Source of the DNA: a virus
Lineage: Duplodnaviria > Caudoviricetes
IMG/VR virus record: IMGVR_UViG_3300025445_000021
Location: 1 to 24,490 of that record
Direction: 5' to 3' (one strand)
Length of the DNA stretch: 24,490 bases
The notes below the pieces were generated by a model. It was given only the letters and a program-made list of their open reading frames with translations. It searched no databases and was not told where the DNA came from. Below are positions 8,026 to 15,585 of this stretch, in pieces (the first letter of the stretch is position 1; each line of letters begins with the position of its first letter). The position numbers and the translations under genes are program-made.

Positions 8026-8366
8026 TTAGCCTCCTTGTGCTTTGTGATGATTGCATCAATGAACATGAGCTTTTGGCTTGGGTCAAAATTCATATCAAGA
8101 ATAGTTGATACGAGTTTGGTCACGTGATCCGGCTCAAAGGTTTCTCTGATCTTCTTTGGCCTGCCCATTGGCTTTTTGACTTTGACTATCGGCATGCCTT
8201 CAGGCTTTGCCTTTGGCGGTCTGCCTCTTTTTGGCGGCTCGTCACTTCCTACTTCTTTGATTGCAGAGCGCTCTACTTTAATACGCTCTCTACGTAGTTG
8301 CTCACTCATGCTGACTCCTTTTTTGAATGCGGTTGATTCGGGTGGTATAGAGATGGGTTTCATCAT
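8022..8366 (-). CDS. AT-hook DNA-binding protein
   Basis: PKRGRPPK and KPMGRPKK motifs. Confidence 0.65.
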   Translation of the reverse strand: MMKPISIPPESTAFKKGVSMSEQLRRERIKVERSAIKEVGSDEPPKRGRPPKAKPEGMPIVKVKKPMGRPKKIRETFEPDHVTKLVSTILDMNFDPSQKLMFIDAIITKHKEAK

Positions 8367-8899
8367 TACATGCCTTTCACTGGATTGAAAACGTCGTAAT
8401 ATTTTGCATGATTTACATTATATCTTTTTTGTATGCGATACTCGTCATAAAATTCATGCAGCTTGGGTAATAAATCTTCTGGAATTGCTTTATAATTGCC
8501 AGTCTCATATTCTTTTTGATACCTTACGGCTTGTGTTAATCGCTTTTCAAAAGTAACCAAAGGTTCATAAGGTCTATTATAAAACCAAGACCAATAAGGA
8601 TCTCCATCTAAATATTCAGAGTCATAATGACATTCAGAACATAATAAATGAATATTAGTATAATCATTAGAGCCTCCTTTGCAAATAGGTAAAATATGCG
8701 CTCTATAAAAAGATACATGAACAGGGAATCCCAATTTACATGCCCAACAAGTTTCTGCATATAATTTCGACATATTGTAATTGCAGTCTTTTAGCTGCCA
8801 ATCATCAAACCAACCTTCAAAATGCTTTTCAAGCCAATCATAATGCCTTGAAACGAGTTGCTTTACTGTTGGCATACCTTTACGTGTATTCACTCTCAT
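8366..8899 (-). CDS. HNH endonuclease
   Basis: CWAC...RAHILPICKGGSNDYTNIHLLCSECH; visibly more AT-rich than its flanks. Confidence 0.85.
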   Translation of the reverse strand: MRVNTRKGMPTVKQLVSRHYDWLEKHFEGWFDDWQLKDCNYNMSKLYAETCWACKLGFPVHVSFYRAHILPICKGGSNDYTNIHLLCSECHYDSEYLDGDPYWSWFYNRPYEPLVTFEKRLTQAVRYQKEYETGNYKAIPEDLLPKLHEFYDEYRIQKRYNVNHAKYYDVFNPVKGM

Positions 8900-9513
8900 G
8901 CCGTTACTCCCTGATACATCTGCAGCGCCGGCTCTTCATGTAGGCCTCGGATCATGATATACTCATGCAAGTAGTGAATCATGTCGAAGACTTTGGCTTC
9001 ATTGTAAGCGGGGCGAATAAATGTAAATTGCTGAAAGTTCTTAAAATCATCGGCTTCGACATCGGCAAACTCAAAGACCTTGTAGGTGACAAACTTTGCG
9101 CCGAATAGCTCGCAATATACTCGCCATTGCATCGAGTCTGCGTAGGCATCGTATGAGATCGGGCTGTACTTTGTCTTGATCTCTACAACATCGAGTCCGA
9201 GTAGTTGGTCTGCAACACCGGTCACTGATATATCGCCGTATTTGGTCCGATATTGCCTACGCACTTTGTACTCAAATACTTTTGACCGGTAGTCCATCTT
9301 AGAGCGCGCCTTGGTGATGCAATCACTCGTAAAGATGCCCTCAAATTGCATCGGGTCATCGGTCTGTAGCATTTCGTGAAAGGCCGTGCCTTTCTCCATC
9401 ATTGCGTTGGGTGGATCGAGCCGTAAGAGCTGGCGCTCGAACTGCTCTGGCGATAGCGTGCCATCGATCAGACGGCGATAGCTCTCGAGCTGGGTTGCAC
9501 TGATCTTAATCAT
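8896..9513 (-). CDS. PD-(D/E)XK exonuclease (RecB/Cas4-like fold)
   Basis: ISATQL, GTAFHE, TGVAD...VEIKT, QWRVY. Start placed at MIKISAT with GAGG upstream. Confidence 0.82.
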   Translation of the reverse strand: MIKISATQLESYRRLIDGTLSPEQFERQLLRLDPPNAMMEKGTAFHEMLQTDDPMQFEGIFTSDCITKARSKMDYRSKVFEYKVRRQYRTKYGDISVTGVADQLLGLDVVEIKTKYSPISYDAYADSMQWRVYCELFGAKFVTYKVFEFADVEADDFKNFQQFTFIRPAYNEAKVFDMIHYLHEYIMIRGLHEEPALQMYQGVTA

Positions 9514-9514
9514 G

Positions 9515-9742
9515 CTACCTCCTCTCATACTTAAGTGTGTAATACGCATCGGCTGAACATGACTCGCCGAGCTTTCTACCATCCTCATAAGCTTGCATGA
9601 TTTGAAGGCGCTCTTTTGCAAGCAAGCTCTCGACCTCTTCTTGAAAGAGCTTGATTACTTGCTTGACTCTCAAGTGCTCGACCTCACCGCCGTATGCAAT
9701 AGGCAAGCGGTGTGCAAAGTCTCCTAATACGGTGCGCTTCAT
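9515..9742 (-). CDS. hypothetical phage protein (75 aa)
   Basis: KER.QI.QAYEDG...ADAYY..KY pattern, which I recall from Bacteroidota phage small proteins. Confidence 0.7.
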   Translation of the reverse strand: MKRTVLGDFAHRLPIAYGGEVEHLRVKQVIKLFQEEVESLLAKERLQIMQAYEDGRKLGESCSADAYYTLKYERR

Positions 9743-9924
9743 ATATCCTCCTCATCTTTGAAGATGCATTCTTGATTGTACATAGTGATCTCACAGATGT
9801 AGTACATCTCACCTTGAAAGCGGTCATGCTTCCATGAGTCAACGGTCTCAAAGTCATTGGCATAATCAAGGATCTCTTCATTGAGAGCCAAGGCTGCCCA
9901 GCCATGATATCGGTATGTGCTCAT
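9739..9924 (-). CDS. acidic hypothetical protein (61 aa)
   Basis: Start placed at MSTYRYHG by ATGA coupling. Confidence 0.65.
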   Translation of the reverse strand: MSTYRYHGWAALALNEEILDYANDFETVDSWKHDRFQGEMYYICEITMYNQECIFKDEEDI

Positions 9925-10025
9925 CGTAATACCTCTGCGATGATCAATAATGCAAGTAAAATGCCGGTGCATACTGCGAGTGCTAATAGTGCGAACTCAA
10001 TTAGATTGGTTAGTATTCTTCTCAT
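9921..10025 (-). CDS. small membrane peptide (34 aa)
   Basis: Found by hand: MRRILTNLIEFALLALAVCTGILLALLIIAEVLR; GGAG upstream, ATGA overlap downstream. Confidence 0.7.
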   Translation of the reverse strand: MRRILTNLIEFALLALAVCTGILLALLIIAEVLR

Positions 10026-10245
10026 GCTGCTTCTCCGCATTTAGTAAGTGATTCATTGCTAAAAATACTACTTGTGACTTCGGTCTTTTGTTTCTCTTGG
10101 CATAATCGCTGATCATGTTATAGGTCAGCATCTTGACCTTTACGCTTTTGAAGTCTTCTTCGGTGAAGTTAAAGCGGCGACCTTTCTTTTTTTGAGGCTG
10201 TGGCTCTGGCTTCATGCCGAAGAGCCGGTTGATAAAATCATTCAT
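9997..10245 (-). CDS. putative ribbon-helix-helix DNA-binding protein
   Basis: FKSVKVKMLTYNMISDYAKRNKRPKSQVVFLAMNHLL fits a strand-helix-helix pattern; SD AAGGAG. Confidence 0.6.
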   Translation of the reverse strand: MNDFINRLFGMKPEPQPQKKKGRRFNFTEEDFKSVKVKMLTYNMISDYAKRNKRPKSQVVFLAMNHLLNAEKQHEKNTNQSN

Positions 10246-10480
10246 TGTCCTTCTCCTTAAATTTAATTACTGTTTTGCCTTGCTGATTTCTTGTCCAGAT
10301 AAATTGCAGAGTCTTGTGCATGCCTACAATATCGAGTGCAAAGTTTAGGCCGGATCTATTCGAGTTAAATATAAACTCCTTTGTCTTGAACTCCTCATAG
10401 GTCGTATTGGCATATCGTTTAGGGATGTGTAATTGATTGTTGTTAACAAACTCGCGCAGCTGATTCATTGCCTTACTCAT
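10238..10480 (-). CDS. hypothetical protein (80 aa)
   Basis: ATGA coupling to the ATPase gene. Confidence 0.7.
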   Translation of the reverse strand: MSKAMNQLREFVNNNQLHIPKRYANTTYEEFKTKEFIFNSNRSGLNFALDIVGMHKTLQFIWTRNQQGKTVIKFKEKDNE

Positions 10481-11370
10481 TTTGCGCCTTCCTGAAATTG
10501 TTTGGTTTCACTATTCCACACGAGCCCGCGCTTGCCAAAGGTCTGCACTACGCCTGCCCATACGGTACGCTTGACTGCATCATCGAGCCCTGCCTTGCCG
10601 AGTTCAGCTACAAACTTATTAGCATCCTTTGCAGCTTCGGCTTTCTTTGCCCATTCGGCTACGATTGCGATGGCTGCCTCTTGCTCTTTTGAGCGTTTTG
10701 CGATTGCTTGTTTAGTGTGAGTGATGATCTCGGTCAATTGTGTAGTCATTTCGTGCAGGCCTCCGATCTGCACGGGTGCGATCTCTGCACAGTTCTTTGC
10801 CGTAACTGTATCGGATAGGTCAAAGGTCAAGACGCGGCGATTGCCGATGGTAGTATAGTAGCCTACAAGGTCGCATGATTGCATAAGTAGATCGTAGCTT
10901 GAGCCTGGTATGAGCGGTCTCTTGATCCGTACATCGCCTTCCTCTTTCTCTTTGCCGTGTGCAATAAAGACTACATTCTTACCGCTTAACTTGAGAGGCA
11001 AAAAGAACTCTTGAAAGAGGCGCTTTGTCTCACCCCATAGCTTGATGCCATTGCGAAGCAGCGCGGGGTTTTGCTGCACGAGATAGCCTTGCATCGCTTC
11101 GATCACAGTGCCGGCTGTATCAATGATAATTGTCTCATGCTGTGCAATAAGCTTGTCAAGATCTGCTTTGCTTTGCACGACATCCTGCCATGAATCAAAT
11201 TGGATAGCGTTCTTGCGGTGCGATGCACGGTGAACACCACGATCGAAGTCAAGCAAGAGGGGATTTGGTGCAGTAAATGCGAGTGTAGTTTTGCCGATGC
11301 CCGGGTCTCCATAGTATAGGATGTTTAGGCCCTGAACATTCATGTCATCGGTTTGTTGTATCAGTCTCAT
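10477..11370 (-). CDS. AAA_24 P-loop ATPase, Sak4-like single-strand annealing protein
   Basis: ILYYGDPGIGKTT, PLLLDFDRG, TIIIDT, VVFIAH, DLVGY, AKN. Confidence 0.85.
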   Translation of the reverse strand: MRLIQQTDDMNVQGLNILYYGDPGIGKTTLAFTAPNPLLLDFDRGVHRASHRKNAIQFDSWQDVVQSKADLDKLIAQHETIIIDTAGTVIEAMQGYLVQQNPALLRNGIKLWGETKRLFQEFFLPLKLSGKNVVFIAHGKEKEEGDVRIKRPLIPGSSYDLLMQSCDLVGYYTTIGNRRVLTFDLSDTVTAKNCAEIAPVQIGGLHEMTTQLTEIITHTKQAIAKRSKEQEAAIAIVAEWAKKAEAAKDANKFVAELGKAGLDDAVKRTVWAGVVQTFGKRGLVWNSETKQFQEGAK

Positions 11371-11578
11371 GTCTTTCTCCTAATAGAGCTTGCAGCTCTT
11401 TGTAATTTAATAAATACATTGTTTTTTGCCCATAGGGTAACTCCTTAATCTTGCGAAGTATGGGCGGCTTCGAATTGCGTTCAGCTGTTTCAGGTCTACC
11501 TCTTGCGAGGTAGTGTAGATAGCGATGGCTCAAGCCGAAGATCTCGGCTGCCTCGCTGATTGTTATCCAAACCTTCAC
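11345..11578 (-). CDS. excisionase/MerR-like HTH DNA-binding protein
   Basis: WITISEAAEIFGLSHRYLHYLARG; start placed at GTG 11578 (GTGA overlap). Confidence 0.72.
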   Translation of the reverse strand: MKVWITISEAAEIFGLSHRYLHYLARGRPETAERNSKPPILRKIKELPYGQKTMYLLNYKELQALLGERHETDTTNR

Positions 11579-11676
11579 TTGATAACCTCGCCGACATACC
11601 ATAAATCGAATTGGGTTGAAGCCCATATAGCAAGTAGGATATACACTACGCCGTGCCAAAGTTTGCCTTGCTTCAT
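11575..11676 (-). CDS. small membrane peptide (33 aa)
   Basis: Found by hand: MKQGKLWHGVVYILLAIWASTQFDLWYVGEVIK; GAGG upstream, 4-nt overlaps on both sides. Confidence 0.65.
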   Translation of the reverse strand: MKQGKLWHGVVYILLAIWASTQFDLWYVGEVIK

Positions 11677-11774
11677 AGATACCTCAAGATTAAATAAGTG
11701 ATACATACACCGGCAATGAAGCCGAGATTAACGTGTGCGAATAGGTCGAGCTGTGCTTGTGTTAGCCGCTTCAT
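11673..11774 (-). CDS. small membrane peptide (33 aa)
   Basis: Found by hand: MKRLTQAQLDLFAHVNLGFIAGVCITYLILRYL; strong SD AAGGAGG. Confidence 0.7.
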   Translation of the reverse strand: MKRLTQAQLDLFAHVNLGFIAGVCITYLILRYL

Positions 11775-11889
11775 GGCGTGCCTCCTTATTGATAATGATA
11801 AATTTGCCTCTGTATTCAACTACTCTTGTATTGAGCGGGGCTTCGCTTTGTGCTTGTGCTTTGCTATTGTAGAGCTTGTAGAGTTTCAT
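11728..11889 (-). CDS. first early gene, hypothetical basic protein (53 aa)
   Basis: Found by hand: MKLYKLYNSKAQAQSEAPLNTRVVEYRGKFIIINKE...; SD GGAGA, directly downstream of the promoter. Confidence 0.7.
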   Translation of the reverse strand: MKLYKLYNSKAQAQSEAPLNTRVVEYRGKFIIINKEARHEAANTSTARPIRTR

Positions 11890-11921
11890 GCGGTTCTCCG
11901 TTTGTGCGTTGTTGATTACGG

Positions 11922-11954
11922 TGCGAACTTATGAACTAAACAAACACAATGCAA
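11922..11954 (-). promoter_or_regulatory. early operon promoter
   Basis: TTGCAT-N17-TAAGTTCGCA on the minus strand, preceded by A-tracts (UP-like). Confidence 0.7.
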
Positions 11955-12147
11955 GTATTTTTTTTACTCAACGGCTAATTTTTATTTTTTCGGGTAGGTC
12001 AAGCGAGTGTAAGTGCTTGTATTCTCTGGGAGTTATTGCAAATAAAATAATTTGCACAATGCTGCGAATTTCTGCAAGTGAGAGCACTGCAGATAAAGAG
12101 GGCACGGCGCATCCATACGATGAGCCATCGGTTTTTATAATTTTTAT

Positions 12148-12178
12148 TTGGTACATTTTGGCAAGTTATGTATTTTGC
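12148..12178 (+). promoter_or_regulatory. divergent plus-strand promoter
   Basis: TTGGTA-N17-TATTTTGC with AT-rich upstream tract; same architecture as the early promoter. Confidence 0.55.
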
Positions 12179-12180
12179 GG

Positions 12181-12267
12181 ATGCAACCTTAAGTGCGGTT
12201 GCAACAAATACTTTGGGGACAATGACAATGCTGTGGAGGCAAGACTGTGGGAGTCTTGCCTTTTTTT
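12181..12267 (+). ncRNA. candidate small RNA 1 (~85 nt)
   Basis: Bounded by a promoter and an intrinsic terminator; 5' hairpin TGCAACC/GGTTGCA. Confidence 0.45.
12237..12267 (+). terminator. Rho-independent terminator
   Basis: AGGCAAGACT-gtggg-AGTCTTGCCT followed by a T run. Confidence 0.8.
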
Positions 12268-12320
12268 ATTATATTGCAATTAGCTTCCCATCATAGAAGC
12301 CTGCCTCCCCCCTGGCATAA

Positions 12321-12351
12321 GCCCGCTTATCGAATAAGCGGGTTTTTCTTT
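12321..12351 (+). terminator. Rho-independent terminator (possibly bidirectional)
   Basis: GCCCGCTTAT-cga-ATAAGCGGGT then TTTTCTTT; overlaps the stop of the minus-strand gene. Confidence 0.65.
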
Positions 12352-12533
12352 GCATACTCTTCTCTCATTGCTTTAAGCATGAATTGATAGGTAGCTACTT
12401 TGCCTTGCATCATGTGTATATCTTCAGCCATTGTTACGGCTTTGATCACTGCTTTTGTGCATGGTAGCTTATGCTTTGCTGCAAACTCTCGGATTAAGAG
12501 CTCATCTTCGGGCTTAGTTATTTTAATGTTCAT
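12327..12533 (-). CDS. small putative RHH-like regulator (68 aa)
   Basis: MNIKITKPEDELLIREFAAKHKLPCTKAVIKAV; TAATG coupling and GGAGG upstream. Confidence 0.55.
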   Translation of the reverse strand: MNIKITKPEDELLIREFAAKHKLPCTKAVIKAVTMAEDIHMMQGKVATYQFMLKAMREEYAKKNPLIR

Positions 12534-13024
12534 TAATCCCTCCGCAAAACTATTTGGCCTTTGATTGTTGCACCACTTGCGAATGTATCAGCGCTCTTGA
12601 TCTCTGGCACGAGATAAAGAGTGCGGCTTGTTGATTGGCAAACGTATGGCAAATCCGGTGTTTTTTGCAAAGTGCAAACACCTGATGCACCATCTACCCA
12701 GTCCGCTTCAGCTATATCTACATAACCTACAAGCACATCAAATTGAGCGCTTGTGAAGGCTTGTGCGGCGTTTCTTGCAGCGGGTGTTATTGAAGATCCG
12801 AAGAGCCAAAGACGCATAGCTGGTTTTTGCAATGTGCCTGAAGTAGTCTCTTTCAATAAAATGCGATCTATCACACCGCTGAAGCCTAAAAAGCGAGCCG
12901 AGTCGATTGCGATTGCACCGCTTGTGAGTATATCATTTGCCGCATACGCTGCAGTATCAAGCGTTCCAAAGTCGATTGTCTGCAAGATGCGGTCTTGTCC
13001 TGTTTTACCTGTATAAAATTCCAT
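12533..13024 (-). CDS. putative virion structural protein (163 aa)
   Basis: Position after the tail-tip genes; beta-rich, Ala/Thr/Gly-rich; AYAAND...SGVI...RLWLF pattern. Confidence 0.55.
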   Translation of the reverse strand: MEFYTGKTGQDRILQTIDFGTLDTAAYAANDILTSGAIAIDSARFLGFSGVIDRILLKETTSGTLQKPAMRLWLFGSSITPAARNAAQAFTSAQFDVLVGYVDIAEADWVDGASGVCTLQKTPDLPYVCQSTSRTLYLVPEIKSADTFASGATIKGQIVLRRD

Positions 13025-13027
13025 TGA

Positions 13028-13786
13028 TTAAGCTCCATTATAAAAGAAGTTTTCTTCCCAAGGCCGTAGCCAAATGATCTGCATGCTTGCGTATGAATCG
13101 GCTGCAGTGATAGATAGGTTGCCATTGTGAGCTCCTATTGTGTACACTGCAATAAAGCCCCCTTTGCTTTGATCATTATCCGGTGATGCAGCTTGGCCAT
13201 AATAATCATACCCTGGCACTGGTACGACTTGGCATATACCTAAACTTGGATAGCCATGTGAGTACATCTTTGCACGCGCCGTAGTTGTATCTACGCTATC
13301 AGCTGATACTACTGTGAGCTCATTTACATAGTTATTCAGTGAGTGATCGCCTTGGTAAAAATTTACTGTGACAAGATACCAGCCTGGTCTATTGACTCTC
13401 ACGATTGTAGGGTCTTCGCTATCTACATAGGCAAGCGGGCTTCGTATATTTAGTAGATTATCCGGATCAGGATTAGCCCATTTGATATATGAAGATGACG
13501 GCCCACCACTACTACCATAGTGAGTCCAGTCTTGTATCGACTGCGTACTCCAGACATCGTTCTGATTAGTCACTATCGCACTACTTGCAGCTGAATAAGC
13601 AATAGCACGGCTCATGGCAGTGGCTTGAACGTAGGCTGCTGTATTTTGTGCTTGAACCGATCCAGGATCGGTCTGCGTATTCTCGACATCTTCAACAATA
13701 GTAAATGCAGAGGGGTTGCGGTTGACATCAAAAGCTACTTGCTTGCGACCTATACCGGCAGGCCTTACGGGTTCATTGAATTTCAT
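13028..13786 (-). CDS. putative tail fibre / receptor-binding protein with C1q/TNF-like head
   Basis: Start placed at MKFNEP (ATGA overlap). IVRVNRPGWYLVTVNFY resembles the C1q/BclA-type strand motif. Confidence 0.55.
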   Translation of the reverse strand: MKFNEPVRPAGIGRKQVAFDVNRNPSAFTIVEDVENTQTDPGSVQAQNTAAYVQATAMSRAIAYSAASSAIVTNQNDVWSTQSIQDWTHYGSSGGPSSSYIKWANPDPDNLLNIRSPLAYVDSEDPTIVRVNRPGWYLVTVNFYQGDHSLNNYVNELTVVSADSVDTTTARAKMYSHGYPSLGICQVVPVPGYDYYGQAASPDNDQSKGGFIAVYTIGAHNGNLSITAADSYASMQIIWLRPWEENFFYNGA

Positions 13787-15585
13787 GATAGTGGCTCCGC
13801 ATCTATTCTGATTGTAAGATCGCACATGCCTTCATAGACTTTGAATGAGTGCTTTGTGAGCACGCCATAGGCTGTATTTTGCCCGTATATTGCATAGAGT
13901 AAAGTATTGTAGTCATTTAGGTCAACTGTGCATCGTTTTGCCACATCAGCGGGCTTTATGGTCACAAAGCGACTTGTCAAGGTAGCCTCGGCTTGCTTTG
14001 GCCTGCCTAAAAAGTTTACCATAGCAGTAGCCATTGTTGTAGCTATTCCGCTTGTTTGTTGCTCAAGGATCATTTGATATTCCGGTCTCTTTAAATAAAG
14101 AGAGGGTTGCACTGCCAAGGCAAGATCTTCGCCACCAAAGAACAAACTGCATGAGGTTTGCGGTTTTGTGAAGCCGTAGATATCCCAATAGAGCAAAGTT
14201 CCTGCATTGACTGTATTGCGATACCATATTTTACCTAATCCGCCCTCATCTTTATATCCATTACGGAACGTGATTAAGGGCAAATTATGAAACATGATTT
14301 TTAAGTCTTTGCTATTATCACCGCTTGTCCCTTGCTTGCCATATCCATACTCTGTTGTATCAGCTTCGCCTGTTATTGTAGATACTGTTACATTTACTTG
14401 ATTAAGCGCTTCACTGAACATCTTTATCTTGAGACTGCTATAGGTATTATCTTCATCAAAGGTTGCAACGGATGGATATGGATAGGGATTGCTACCTACC
14501 ATAGTCAAGGTATATGCATCAGGCGTACCACTTGTGAAGGTATATGATGGTCGGAGCGTTTCTACTGATCCTTCAACAATGCTTTTGTACACTTCATAAA
14601 AATTAGTAAACTGACCAAATAATCCTTTATCTACATGAGCCCCGCCTGCAAGTACAAGTTGACTATCTACCGTTGTCCATATCTCAGCTACATAACATAG
14701 ATATGTATTGACTTGTATCACATATTGACTTTGAAAAAACTGCATTGTCTTTGAAAAAAAGTCATCAGCAACAAAACTCGATGTAAGCTTTTGAGTTATT
14801 GCCCTCATATATGCACTATACATCGTATTAATTTTAGTCTTAAGGCGAGCAAAAGTAGATATATGCATGTAGCTATCTCCTGGAGCGTAGTCTTTTGCCG
14901 AGATAGATCCGGGTGTTATATCCGTATTGATATACGGGTAGCCAATAAACATCTCTTTAACTTCGGTATTTTCCGGCTGTGACATAGTGATGCTGTAATT
15001 GACTACATCGCTTGTGCATTTAAGGGCTTTTGTCCAGACTGTTTGGTTTATTATCTCACCTATGCAGCGATGCACATCGAATATCTCGATACTAAACTTT
15101 ACCACATTATCAAGTGACGTGATCTCAAGCTCGTTTTCCGCGCTGTACTTTTGGCATCCTATAAATGCGGTCTTGTAGCCGCTCCCATCATCATACTGAA
15201 GCACAAAGGTATTAAATGCATCGAACTCACGCTCTTCGAGGGTAAGATCAGAGGACAAATAAGCCGATCCATCACTATTCAAAGGCACGCGCTTTGCCGT
15301 AGTGCCTCGCAAGAGATCAGTCCGCAGATCATTAAGCGCTTGAGTACCTTGCAAAGCGGCGATATTCACATTGATCTTAAGTACTTGACCAACGAGCCCA
15401 GCCGGTATATTGCCAAGCTCGGTATCAAGAGTCATATCACGTAATAAAAACTCTGCAGGCAAGGTAACATTTGAGCTTACAGCAGGACTTATGTAGTCTA
15501 CACTGCTTGGGATGATATACATGCGCCATAAGACCCCGTCTTCGCTTGTCCATGTAGTCACAAAGCGCTGATTAGATAGAGCCAT
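13783..15585 (-). CDS. tail-tip / baseplate hub protein (600 aa)
   Basis: Second gene after the tape measure protein; start placed at MALSNQRF (TAATG overlap). Confidence 0.6.
   Translation of the reverse strand: MALSNQRFVTTWTSEDGVLWRMYIIPSSVDYISPAVSSNVTLPAEFLLRDMTLDTELGNIPAGLVGQVLKINVNIAALQGTQALNDLRTDLLRGTTAKRVPLNSDGSAYLSSDLTLEEREFDAFNTFVLQYDDGSGYKTAFIGCQKYSAENELEITSLDNVVKFSIEIFDVHRCIGEIINQTVWTKALKCTSDVVNYSITMSQPENTEVKEMFIGYPYINTDITPGSISAKDYAPGDSYMHISTFARLKTKINTMYSAYMRAITQKLTSSFVADDFFSKTMQFFQSQYVIQVNTYLCYVAEIWTTVDSQLVLAGGAHVDKGLFGQFTNFYEVYKSIVEGSVETLRPSYTFTSGTPDAYTLTMVGSNPYPYPSVATFDEDNTYSSLKIKMFSEALNQVNVTVSTITGEADTTEYGYGKQGTSGDNSKDLKIMFHNLPLITFRNGYKDEGGLGKIWYRNTVNAGTLLYWDIYGFTKPQTSCSLFFGGEDLALAVQPSLYLKRPEYQMILEQQTSGIATTMATAMVNFLGRPKQAEATLTSRFVTIKPADVAKRCTVDLNDYNTLLYAIYGQNTAYGVLTKHSFKVYEGMCDLTIRIDAEPLS

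Noticed and set aside
8896-9513. Cas4 as part of a CRISPR system
   Set aside because: It lacks the four-Cys Fe-S motif, no cas genes are nearby, and the Sak4 context indicates a recombination exonuclease.
11888-12283. ORFs 11888-12283 (+) and 11968-12156 (-) in the control region
   Set aside because: They cross promoters, A/T tracts or a terminator, lack SD sites and have implausible composition.
12222-12296. 24-aa plus-strand peptide MTMLWRQDCGSLAFFYYIAISFPS after GGGGA
   Set aside because: It runs through the strong terminator and its hydrophobicity derives from the T tract. Not excluded as a leader peptide, but unsupported.
11890-12350. Possible CRISPR mini-array or tRNA in the intergenic region
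   Set aside because: No repeated unit of 20 nt or more with spacers and no cloverleaf or T-loop motif; only single hairpins and 7-9 nt repeats.
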